Shown here: in pieces, positions 45,215 through 52,142 of the stretch
How positions within the stretch are numbered: position 1 is the stretch's first letter
Layout of the letters: each line of letters begins with the position of its first letter
NCBI GenBank assembly: GCA_018263175.1
Contig: JADFDB010000002.1
Coordinates: 1-52,142, forward strand
Length of the DNA: 52,142 nucleotides
Direction of reading: 5' to 3'
Source of the DNA: Spirochaetota bacterium
Lineage (GTDB): Bacteria; Spirochaetota; UBA4802; UBA5368
Made by a program: the position numbers and the translations under genes
Notes under the pieces: generated by a model
Seen by the model: the letters and a program-made list of their open reading frames with translations, nothing else
Databases searched by the model: none
What the model was told of the DNA's origin: nothing

Positions 45215-45865
45215 ATGAAAAGCCCTGTGCGAAAAAAAACGTCGATGCCCCGGCCCGCCCCGGCCGCGGCGGCCTTCCCCGAGAAGCTCAAGCAGCGGCT
45301 CTATCCGGTGGTGCTCGGGCTTTTCGCCGAAAACGACTTCCACCGGGTCAACATCCGCGAGATCTATAAAAAATCCGGCATCAGCCCCAGCACCATCTAC
45401 CGCTATTTCCCCTCCAAGGAGGACCTTCTGTTTGCCATCCTCGACGAAAAGATCGGAGAGATCGGTGCGCTGGTTCGGGAGCATATCAAGGGCATCGAGA
45501 GCGCGCGGGAGGTCCTGAGAAAGATCTTCTGGGTTACGATGGATTATTACGATCGCAATCCCGGAGTGGCGGTCACCGCGTTCATCACCGTGCCCATGCG
45601 TGCCTGGATGAAGGAGCGCTCCTACCGGAGGGAGGACGCCTCGGCCATTCTCGCGGAGGTTGTGCGGCGGGCGCGGGAGCGGGGAGAGATCGATCCGTCC
45701 CTGCGTACCGCACAGATCCTCGATCAGTACTACATGCACTGTTACCGGCAGATACACCTGTGGTATTTCAACGGCATGACGACAAAGCTCGTCGATCGTA
45801 TCCCGATTTTTTTCGATACGCTCTGGAAAACCCTCAGCCCGGCGTCATCGCCGGGGAAGGGTTGA
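45215..45865 (+). CDS. TetR/AcrR-family transcriptional regulator
   Basis: HTH NIREIYKKSGISPSTIYRYFPSKEDL. The ORF was trimmed from TTG 45179 to ATG 45215. Confidence 0.85.
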   Translation: MKSPVRKKTSMPRPAPAAAAFPEKLKQRLYPVVLGLFAENDFHRVNIREIYKKSGISPSTIYRYFPSKEDLLFAILDEKIGEIGALVREHIKGIESAREVLRKIFWVTMDYYDRNPGVAVTAFITVPMRAWMKERSYRREDASAILAEVVRRARERGEIDPSLRTAQILDQYYMHCYRQIHLWYFNGMTTKLVDRIPIFFDTLWKTLSPASSPGKG

Positions 45866-45976
45866 TCGAGCCAAACGAAAGCGCAGGGGCCGCGGGTCAA
45901 TTTATCTTGTGCCGAGCGTTCCCACACGATAAAATCTTCTTGTCAGCGTATCGAATTCCGCTATCTATGACCTGTC

Positions 45977-46006
45977 CCGGCCGACGGAGGCCGGCGATTT
46001 TATTTT
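45977..46006 (+). terminator. rho-independent terminator candidate
   Basis: CCGGCC-GACGGA-GGCCGG (45977..45994) followed by CGATTTTATTTT. Confidence 0.5.
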
Positions 46007-46021
46007 CCAAGGATGATACTA

Positions 46022-46405
46022 ATGATTGAACTGGACTTTGAGAAGAGCGGCGGGCTCATTCCCGCCATCGCCCAGGACTACAAGACCGGCGAGGTCCTCA
46101 TGATGGCCTTCATCAACCGGGAGTCGTGGGAGCTCACGCTCACGACCGGCATCGTCCACTACTGGAGCCGCTCGCGCAGCAAGCTGTGGAAGAAGGGCGA
46201 GTCCTCCGGCAACGTGCAGGAGGTGAAGGAGATCCGTGTGGACTGCGACAACGACTGCGTGCTTCTGAAGATCGACCAGATCGGGGAGGCCGCGTGCCAT
46301 ACCGGATTCAGGAGCTGTTTTTACCGTGTGGTGAAAGGCGAGTCCCTGGTCGAGGACGGCGTGAAGGTGTTCGACCCCGAGAAAGTGTACGGAGAAAAGA
46401 AATGA
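46022..46405 (+). CDS. hisI: phosphoribosyl-AMP cyclohydrolase (monofunctional)
   Basis: [26 protein letters not shown] and [23 protein letters not shown] motifs. ATG 46022 has AAGGA 8 nt upstream. ATG 46013 is the alternative start. Confidence 0.9.
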   Translation: MIELDFEKSGGLIPAIAQDYKTGEVLMMAFINRESWELTLTTGIVHYWSRSRSKLWKKGESSGNVQEVKEIRVDCDNDCVLLKIDQIGEAACHTGFRSCFYRVVKGESLVEDGVKVFDPEKVYGEKK

Positions 46406-47301
46406 GCGCTGACAAGCTGAAGCTCGGCATCCCCAAGGGAAGCCTTGAGAACGCGACCATAGAGCTGTTCCAGAACGCCGGATGGAGGATATCGGTCTCG
46501 TCGCGCAATTATTTTCCTTCGGTCGATGATCCGGAAATCTCCTGTGCCCTGATCCGCGCGCAGGAGATGGCGCGATACGTCGAGAGCGGCGTGCTCGACG
46601 TGGGACTGACCGGACTGGACTGGATCCTCGAGCACCGGGCGGACGTTGAAATCATCTCGGACCTCATCTACTCGAAGGCGAGCACGCGAAAGGCCAAATG
46701 GGTGCTCGCGGTGCCCGAAAACTCGTCCATCAAGACGATAGAGGACTGTGCCGGGAAGACGATTTCAACCGAGCTCGTGGAATTCACGAAGGCCTACTTC
46801 GCGGAGCGAAACGTTCCGGTGAAGGTCGAGTTTTCGTGGGGCGCCACCGAAGCCAAGGTGGTGGAGGGACTCGTGGACGCGATCGTCGAGGTGACGGAAA
46901 CGGGAAGCACGATACGGGCACACGGGCTCAAGATCATCCACTCGCTTCTCGAAACAAACACCAAGCTCATCGCCAACAAGAAGAGCATGGCCGATCCGTG
47001 GAAACGAAATAAGGTCAACCATATCGCGATGCTCCTGCGCGGCGCGCTCAATGCAGAGAACCTCGTCGGAATAAAGATGAACGTCCCCAAGGGTAGCATC
47101 GACGCGGTCGTCGGGCTCATTCCGAGCATCACCGCGCCGACGGTGGCCGAGCTCTACAAGGCCGAGTGGCTTTCCGTTGAGTCGGTCATCGGCGAGGACG
47201 TGGTGCGCGAGCTCATCCCGCGGCTCATAGAGGCGGGTGCCGACGGCATCATCGAATATCCGCTCAACAAGGTCGTCGGTAAAAAAGACGTGGTTTTTTG
47301 A
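46402..47301 (+). CDS. hisG: ATP phosphoribosyltransferase, long form
   Basis: [12 protein letters not shown]-terminus, DVGLTGLDW, and a C-terminal regulatory domain. The ATG overlaps the hisI stop (ATGA). The track ORF starting at 46126 is an out-of-context extension. Confidence 0.9.
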   Translation: MSADKLKLGIPKGSLENATIELFQNAGWRISVSSRNYFPSVDDPEISCALIRAQEMARYVESGVLDVGLTGLDWILEHRADVEIISDLIYSKASTRKAKWVLAVPENSSIKTIEDCAGKTISTELVEFTKAYFAERNVPVKVEFSWGATEAKVVEGLVDAIVEVTETGSTIRAHGLKIIHSLLETNTKLIANKKSMADPWKRNKVNHIAMLLRGALNAENLVGIKMNVPKGSIDAVVGLIPSITAPTVAELYKAEWLSVESVIGEDVVRELIPRLIEAGADGIIEYPLNKVVGKKDVVF

Positions 47302-47380
47302 CGGAGCGGGCCGATCGGTTCAGGACGGTAAAATTTATTTGATCTCCGCCGATTGACGCGTACACTGTAGCCGGGCCGAT

Positions 47381-48124
47381 ATGAAAAGGGAACGGATACG
47401 ATTGTTCCGGGAGACCGCGCGCGAAATTGCCCGCTCGATGGAGCGGCCGGTCTTCTACGGGGAGCGGGCCGCTGAGATGGCGTACGCCGCGGACCTGGCG
47501 GACGCATCGGAGGGCGTCGCCTTCGCGCGCTCGGCCATGTGCGACAGCGGCGGTGCGATGGGACACGGTTTCGATCATGCGCATCGGGTCGCCATCGAGG
47601 CCGGCGCGATCGTGCGATGCGAGATGCGGCCCGGTCCGGAATGCGACAGGCTCGCGGAGAACGCCCTTATCGCCGGCTACCTTCACGACATCAGACGCGG
47701 CGAGAAGCGCCATGCGGAGGCCGGGGCGGACCACGCCGGGGAACTCATCCGCGGGCGAATGGACGGCGCCGATTGCGCGATTATCGTTTTTGCCATCCGC
47801 AACCACGAGGCCTTCAGGGACGCGAAACCGGCGGCGGACGCCAGTACGGGCCTCGTTTCGGGGGCCCTCTACGACGCCGACAAGTTCCGCTGGGGGCCCG
47901 ACAACTTCACCGATACCGTCTGGGACATGGCCGAGGCCATGCGGATCGATCCGCTGCTCATCGTCGAGCGGTACGAACAGGGCGTTCTCGGGATCAAAAA
48001 TATCCGCGGCACCTTCCGCACGGAAACGGGAAGGCGCTATGGGCCGGATTTTATCGACAGGGGCCTTTTGATCGGGGAACGGCTGATCGCGCGCCTCAGG
48101 GGAAATATGGACATTTTTTCGTGA
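47381..48124 (+). CDS. HD-domain protein
   Basis: HGFDHAHRVA ... YLHDIRR gives the H...HD metal-binding pattern. 247 aa. No finer family recognised. Confidence 0.7.
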   Translation: MKRERIRLFRETAREIARSMERPVFYGERAAEMAYAADLADASEGVAFARSAMCDSGGAMGHGFDHAHRVAIEAGAIVRCEMRPGPECDRLAENALIAGYLHDIRRGEKRHAEAGADHAGELIRGRMDGADCAIIVFAIRNHEAFRDAKPAADASTGLVSGALYDADKFRWGPDNFTDTVWDMAEAMRIDPLLIVERYEQGVLGIKNIRGTFRTETGRRYGPDFIDRGLLIGERLIARLRGNMDIFS

Positions 48125-48170
48125 TGATGGTATGCTTTTGATGCCGATTTCGCGCGGCGGGAAGACAATC

Positions 48171-49799
48171 ATGGAAGACGTTTCAGCGGCAACGATGGAC
48201 GAGCGCCAGACGGAAAAACGTCAGGGGAACATTCTTATCGTCGACGACGAGCAGCTTGTGCGCAAGGCGCTCGCGCGCTACCTCGTCAAGATGGGGTACA
48301 CGATCGAAACGGCCGAGGACGGCAGCGTGGCGATCGCCAAGCTCGAGTCCGATTCCTACGACCTGGTTCTTACCGATCTGAAAATGCCGAACCTCGACGG
48401 CAGGGAGCTCCTGACGATGATGTCGGAGAAGTTCCCGGACATCCCGAAGATCGTGCTGACGGGCTTCGGCACCAACGACGACATCATCCTCGCGCTCAAG
48501 ACCGGCGCTTACGACTTCCTCACCAAGCCGATTATGGACTTTGCGATCCTCTATCACGCGATCGAGCGTGCGCTCGACCGCAAGCGGCTCAACGACGAGA
48601 AAAACCGCTACGTGGAGCAGCTCAGGCAGATCAACGACATCATCACGATGCTCAACCGCGGAAAGAAGACCGAAGAGATCTTCATGATGCTGAACACCTC
48701 GCTCCGGAAGATCATCCCCTTCAACCGCCTCTCGCTTCTGATGATCGATGATGCCACGGGGGAGGTCGTTACCAAGCTGGTCGAGTCCGACCGGAAGGTC
48801 GAGTACGCCGGCATGAGAAACTTCAGTTTGAGCGATTCACTGCTTAAAGAGGTCGCGCTGGGGAAGGAGGTGGTGCTCATCAACGACCTCGGCGAATACC
48901 TCGCGGCGCATCCCCAGTCCAGACGAACGGAGACGCTGCTCGAGGAAGGATTGCGTTCGTCGATGATGGTGCCCCTTATCATCAACAACCTTACGAGGGG
49001 CTTCCTCGTTTTTAATTCGGTCGAGAAGGGCGCCTTTAACAGCGAGCACAGTTTCTTCATCCGCTCGATCTCAGGCCAGATATCGTTCAGCATCCAGCGC
49101 GCGGAGCTCCTCGACGAGCTCCAACTGCACACCAAAAACCTCGAGCACCTCGTAAAGGCGCGCACCCACGAAATACTGAAGACCCAGAAGACGACCATAT
49201 TCGCGCTCAGCAGACTGGCGGAGGTGCGCGATCCGGAGACCGGCGAGCACCTCGAACGCATACGAAACTTCAGCGTGCTCGTCGGGCAGATTTTGAAATA
49301 CTCCGGCAACGAGCTCGAGATCACCAACGAGTACCTGCGGGACCTCTACGATTCGTCGATTCTCCACGACATAGGAAAGGTCGGCATTCCCGACGATATT
49401 CTGCTGAAACCCGGTCCTCTGTCCCCGGTCGAATACGAGATAATAAAGACCCACACCACGATCGGCCATACGGCGCTGAAAGAGGCCTCGCGCGATCTCG
49501 GAGAGAACTCTTTTCTCAACATGGCCATGGAGGTAACGCTGTACCACCACGAGCGCTATGACGGCGGCGGATACCCGACCGGGCGCAAGGGGCTGGAGAT
49601 CCCGCTTGCGGCGCGGATCGTCACCATCTCGGACATCTACGACGCTCTGACCTCGAAACGGCCGTACAAGGAGGCCTTCTCCCACGACAAAAGCGTCAAA
49701 ATAATGAGGGAAGAATCCTCGCGTTTCGACCCGATGCTTTTTAAAATATTTCTTGATAATGAGGGCGAGTTCAACCGTATTAGAAAGGAATTCAGCTGA
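48171..49799 (+). CDS. response regulator with GAF and HD-GYP (c-di-GMP phosphodiesterase-type) domains
   Basis: REC (LIVDDE, LVLTDLKMPNLDG, LTKP), a central GAF-like region, then HDIGKVGIPD..LLKPGPLS and HHERYDGGGYP. The start could instead be ATG 48132. Confidence 0.85.
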   Translation: MEDVSAATMDERQTEKRQGNILIVDDEQLVRKALARYLVKMGYTIETAEDGSVAIAKLESDSYDLVLTDLKMPNLDGRELLTMMSEKFPDIPKIVLTGFGTNDDIILALKTGAYDFLTKPIMDFAILYHAIERALDRKRLNDEKNRYVEQLRQINDIITMLNRGKKTEEIFMMLNTSLRKIIPFNRLSLLMIDDATGEVVTKLVESDRKVEYAGMRNFSLSDSLLKEVALGKEVVLINDLGEYLAAHPQSRRTETLLEEGLRSSMMVPLIINNLTRGFLVFNSVEKGAFNSEHSFFIRSISGQISFSIQRAELLDELQLHTKNLEHLVKARTHEILKTQKTTIFALSRLAEVRDPETGEHLERIRNFSVLVGQILKYSGNELEITNEYLRDLYDSSILHDIGKVGIPDDILLKPGPLSPVEYEIIKTHTTIGHTALKEASRDLGENSFLNMAMEVTLYHHERYDGGGYPTGRKGLEIPLAARIVTISDIYDALTSKRPYKEAFSHDKSVKIMREESSRFDPMLFKIFLDNEGEFNRIRKEFS

Positions 49800-49823
49800 T
49801 AATGAAGGGGCAGGTTTCCTGAA

Positions 49824-50717
49824 ATGCGGCAGACCATGAATGTTCGTATCGGCGGACCGATAACCCCGGTGGTCAAGAACCTCCTGATTATCAACGCCGT
49901 GGTGTTTCTCTTCCAGCAGTTCGCCGCCATGCTCGCTCCGGGCATGATCGAGAACCTCTTCGGCCTCAACCACCAGGGGCTCGTATACGACTTCCGGTTC
50001 TGGCAGATCGCGACCTATATGTTCCTGCACGGCGGCTGGCTCCACATCCTGTTCAACCTGCTCGGCCTCTGGATGTTCGCCGGCGACCTCGAAACGCTGT
50101 GGGGGAGCCGGCTCTTCCTCCGCTATTATCTCTTCTGCGGCATCGGCGCGGGGATATTCATCGCGGCCATGAATTACTTCGTGGTCGTCAAATACGGCCC
50201 CAATCCGTTCGCTCCCTACGCCCCGACGACCCTCGGTGCCTCGGGGGCGATTTACGGCATCCTGCTCGCGTACGGGCTCACCTGGCCCAACCGGGAGGTG
50301 CTGCTCTACTTTCTCATTCCGGTAAAGATGAAGTACCTGGTCATCGTCTTCGGCGTCATCGAGTTCTTCGGCACGCTTACCAGCGTCAAGGGTATGGGCG
50401 GCAATATCAGCCACATCGGTCACCTCGGGGGCCTGGTCAGCGGACTGGTCTTCATCCTTGTCCGGTCCCGGTCCGGACAAGGCCGGACCGGGGCGAAGCC
50501 CGCCTCCGCTTCTCCATGGGCGAAGCTCATGAAAAAGCGCCGCCTGAGGAAAAAACAGAAGGAGATCAACGAGCGCATCGAGGCCAAACGGATCATCGAC
50601 ACCCTGCTCGAGAAGATCGCGCGCGACGGCATGAGCGCGCTCTCCGACGGGGAGCGCAGCAAGCTCGACTGGGCGCGGCACCATTACTATCCGGACGATC
50701 GCGAAACCATGCATTGA
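49824..50717 (+). CDS. rhomboid-family intramembrane serine protease with a charged C-terminal tail
   Basis: GASGAIYG catalytic Ser motif, HIGHLGGLVSG catalytic His motif, 6 TM segments. Confidence 0.85.
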   Translation: MRQTMNVRIGGPITPVVKNLLIINAVVFLFQQFAAMLAPGMIENLFGLNHQGLVYDFRFWQIATYMFLHGGWLHILFNLLGLWMFAGDLETLWGSRLFLRYYLFCGIGAGIFIAAMNYFVVVKYGPNPFAPYAPTTLGASGAIYGILLAYGLTWPNREVLLYFLIPVKMKYLVIVFGVIEFFGTLTSVKGMGGNISHIGHLGGLVSGLVFILVRSRSGQGRTGAKPASASPWAKLMKKRRLRKKQKEINERIEAKRIIDTLLEKIARDGMSALSDGERSKLDWARHHYYPDDRETMH

Positions 50718-50851
50718 GCATATCTTCGTTTTTGTTCAAATACAGCATCTCCCTCCAATTTATCATTGACAGGCCCGAAATGGCCGGCCACCGTTCGGTG
50801 TGACCGGCCCGTGTGCCGGCGAGGACACTTCATACGATACGAGAATGAACC

Positions 50852-52142
50852 ATGTACTGGAACGAGGAAGTTGAAACCATTGACCGCGCCGGGCTGCAAA
50901 AAATCCAGTTCGAGCGCCTTAAAAAAGCGCTCGCGGCGGGTGCCGCGACCCCGTTTTATAAAAAGGTCTTTGTCGAGCACGGTCTCGACCCGGCGAAGAT
51001 CACCACGCTCGATCATCTGAAAGATATCCCTTTCACCACAAAGAACGATTTACGCGTGAGCTATCCCGACGGCATGGTCGCCGTTCCGAAGCGTTCGGTG
51101 GTGCGGATGCACGCCTCCTCCGGCACGACGGGGAAGTCGACGGTCATCTTCTATACCATGAAGGACGTCGATGAATGGGCGCACCAGGTGGCCCGCGGCA
51201 TGGTCGCGACGGGTACCACTCCCGACGATGTTTTCCAGAACATGATGGGGTACGGTCTGTTTACCGGCGGGCTCGGCCTCCACTACGGGGCCGAAAAGCT
51301 GGGATGCATGGTGATCCCGATGTCGACCGGGAACACGCTCAAGCAGATCCAGTTCATACAGGACTTCGGGAGCACGGTGGTCCATATTACGCCGAGCTAT
51401 GCGCTGCACCTCGTGGAGGAGATACGCGCCCATGGCGTCAATCCCCCGGATCTCGGCGTAAAAAAGGCGTACCTCGGCGCCGAGCCCTATTCGGAGGGGA
51501 CGCGCGACAAGATCCAGGAACAATTCGGCGTGGACGCCTACAACAGCTACGGCATGTCCGAGATGAACGGTCCCGGCGTGGCCTTCGAGTGCGTGCATAA
51601 AAACGGCATGCACCTGTGGGAGGACTACTACATCGCCGAGATCATCGATCCGGAGACCGGAGAGAACCTTCCCGACGGTGAGGAAGGGGAGCTGGTGCTC
51701 ACGCACATCAACCGGGAGGCCATGCCCGTCTTCCGCTACCGTACGCGCGACCTCACGAGGTTCATCCCGGAGCCCTGCCCGTGCGGCCGCACGCACCGCC
51801 GCATCGAGCGCATAAAGGGACGCACCGACGACATGATGATCGTCAGCGGCGTGAACGTGTTCCCGTCGCAGATCGAAACCGTCCTCATGAACATACCGGA
51901 GGTCGGGAACAATTACCAGATCGTGCTCGAGCGCGAGAACAACCTGGACAGGATGCATATAAAGGTCGAACTCTATTCCAAGCTGTTCCACGGCGATATC
52001 AGGGAGCTCGAGCGGCTGAAGAAGAGGATGGGCGAGGCGCTGCGCGCCATCATCACGATCAACCCGAAGATCGAGCTCCTCGAGCCCGGCTCGCTGCCGC
52101 CGAGCCAGGGCAAGGCCAAACGGGTATTCGACAACAGGTCCT
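50852..52142 (+). CDS. paaK: phenylacetate--CoA ligase family protein (3' end beyond the window)
   Basis: Not in the ORF track because no stop falls inside the window. My translation from ATG 50852: MYWNEEVETIDRAGLQKIQFERLKKAL...FTTKNDLR..MHASSGTTGKSTV..YGMSEMNGPGVAFEC, the typical PaaK layout. Confidence 0.85.
   Translation, partial: MYWNEEVETIDRAGLQKIQFERLKKALAAGAATPFYKKVFVEHGLDPAKITTLDHLKDIPFTTKNDLRVSYPDGMVAVPKRSVVRMHASSGTTGKSTVIFYTMKDVDEWAHQVARGMVATGTTPDDVFQNMMGYGLFTGGLGLHYGAEKLGCMVIPMSTGNTLKQIQFIQDFGSTVVHITPSYALHLVEEIRAHGVNPPDLGVKKAYLGAEPYSEGTRDKIQEQFGVDAYNSYGMSEMNGPGVAFECVHKNGMHLWEDYYIAEIIDPETGENLPDGEEGELVLTHINREAMPVFRYRTRDLTRFIPEPCPCGRTHRRIERIKGRTDDMMIVSGVNVFPSQIETVLMNIPEVGNNYQIVLERENNLDRMHIKVELYSKLFHGDIRELERLKKRMGEALRAIITINPKIELLEPGSLPPSQGKAKRVFDNRS

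Noticed and set aside
46126-46401. The track ORF 46126..47301 suggests a 391-aa HisG with a 92-aa N-terminal extension.
   Set aside because: The extension overlaps hisI in another frame and is Arg/Gly-rich nonsense. Canonical HisG begins at ATG 46402 ([16 protein letters not shown]), coupled to the hisI stop.
1-52142. A whole-window scan for mobile elements, prophage, defence systems (RM, TA, CBASS, retron, DGR), and tRNA, rRNA or tmRNA genes.
   Set aside because: I recognised no transposase, integrase, reverse transcriptase, nuclease-helicase or methyltransferase-restriction pairs. No tRNA-like cloverleaf candidates appear in the intergenic gaps. Every gap longer than 200 bp is accounted for by promoters, terminators or the repeat family. 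Small ncRNAs cannot be excluded without tools.

Overview
GC-rich (by eye about 60% or more) bacterial chromosomal segment with about 47 protein-coding genes. I found no rRNA or tRNA genes, no CRISPR array, and no transposase, integrase, phage or recognisable defence genes.

All calls rest on motif recognition by eye. Start codons were refined by hand from ATG/GTG/TTG plus Shine-Dalgarno context. No database search or RNA folding was run.

Gene blocks, left to right:
- uxuA 3' fragment plus a LacI-type regulator.
- A homocitrate/Re-citrate/isopropylmalate-synthase-family enzyme with an extra C-terminal Cache/PDC-like domain.
- A minus-strand block: small ORF, alpha/beta hydrolase, secreted protein, a 750-aa ATP-grasp::FMN-dependent alpha-hydroxyacid-oxidase fusion, and a HAD-IB hydrolase.
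- pyrB-pyrC.
- A signalling island: REC-PAS-GAF-HisKA_2 kinase, PilZ protein, PAS/HisKA/REC/HPt hybrid kinase, REC-STAS protein.
- rlmI, a membrane-anchored AraC regulator, a long-chain acyl-CoA ligase, a second alpha/beta hydrolase, xseA-xseB, a lipoprotein.
- lspA-ileS.
- A roughly 7-kb minus-strand arsenic/thiol-redox cluster: arsR, ArsP-like permease, VKOR-DsbA fusion, small thioredoxin-like protein, DGC-domain gene, TlpA-like protein, ccdA, acr3, arsC, trxA.
- A Ddl-like ATP-grasp gene divergent from a NagB::LmbE fusion and a Gfo/Idh/MocA oxidoreductase.
- Acyl-CoA synthetase, double-hotdog MaoC protein, TetR regulator.
- hisI-hisG, an HD protein, a REC-GAF-HD-GYP protein, a rhomboid protease, and the 5' part of paaK.

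Most noteworthy:
1. A DGC-domain gene absent from the ORF track because it carries an in-frame TGA right after a Cys. It is a candidate selenoprotein inside the ars/redox cluster.
2. A dispersed roughly 85-nt three-part extragenic repeat family with six copies, all intergenic.
3. Two unusual enzyme fusions: ATP-grasp::FMN oxidase and HMGL::Cache.

I did not find a clear self-contained novel system such as a defence island. The items above are leads, not demonstrations.
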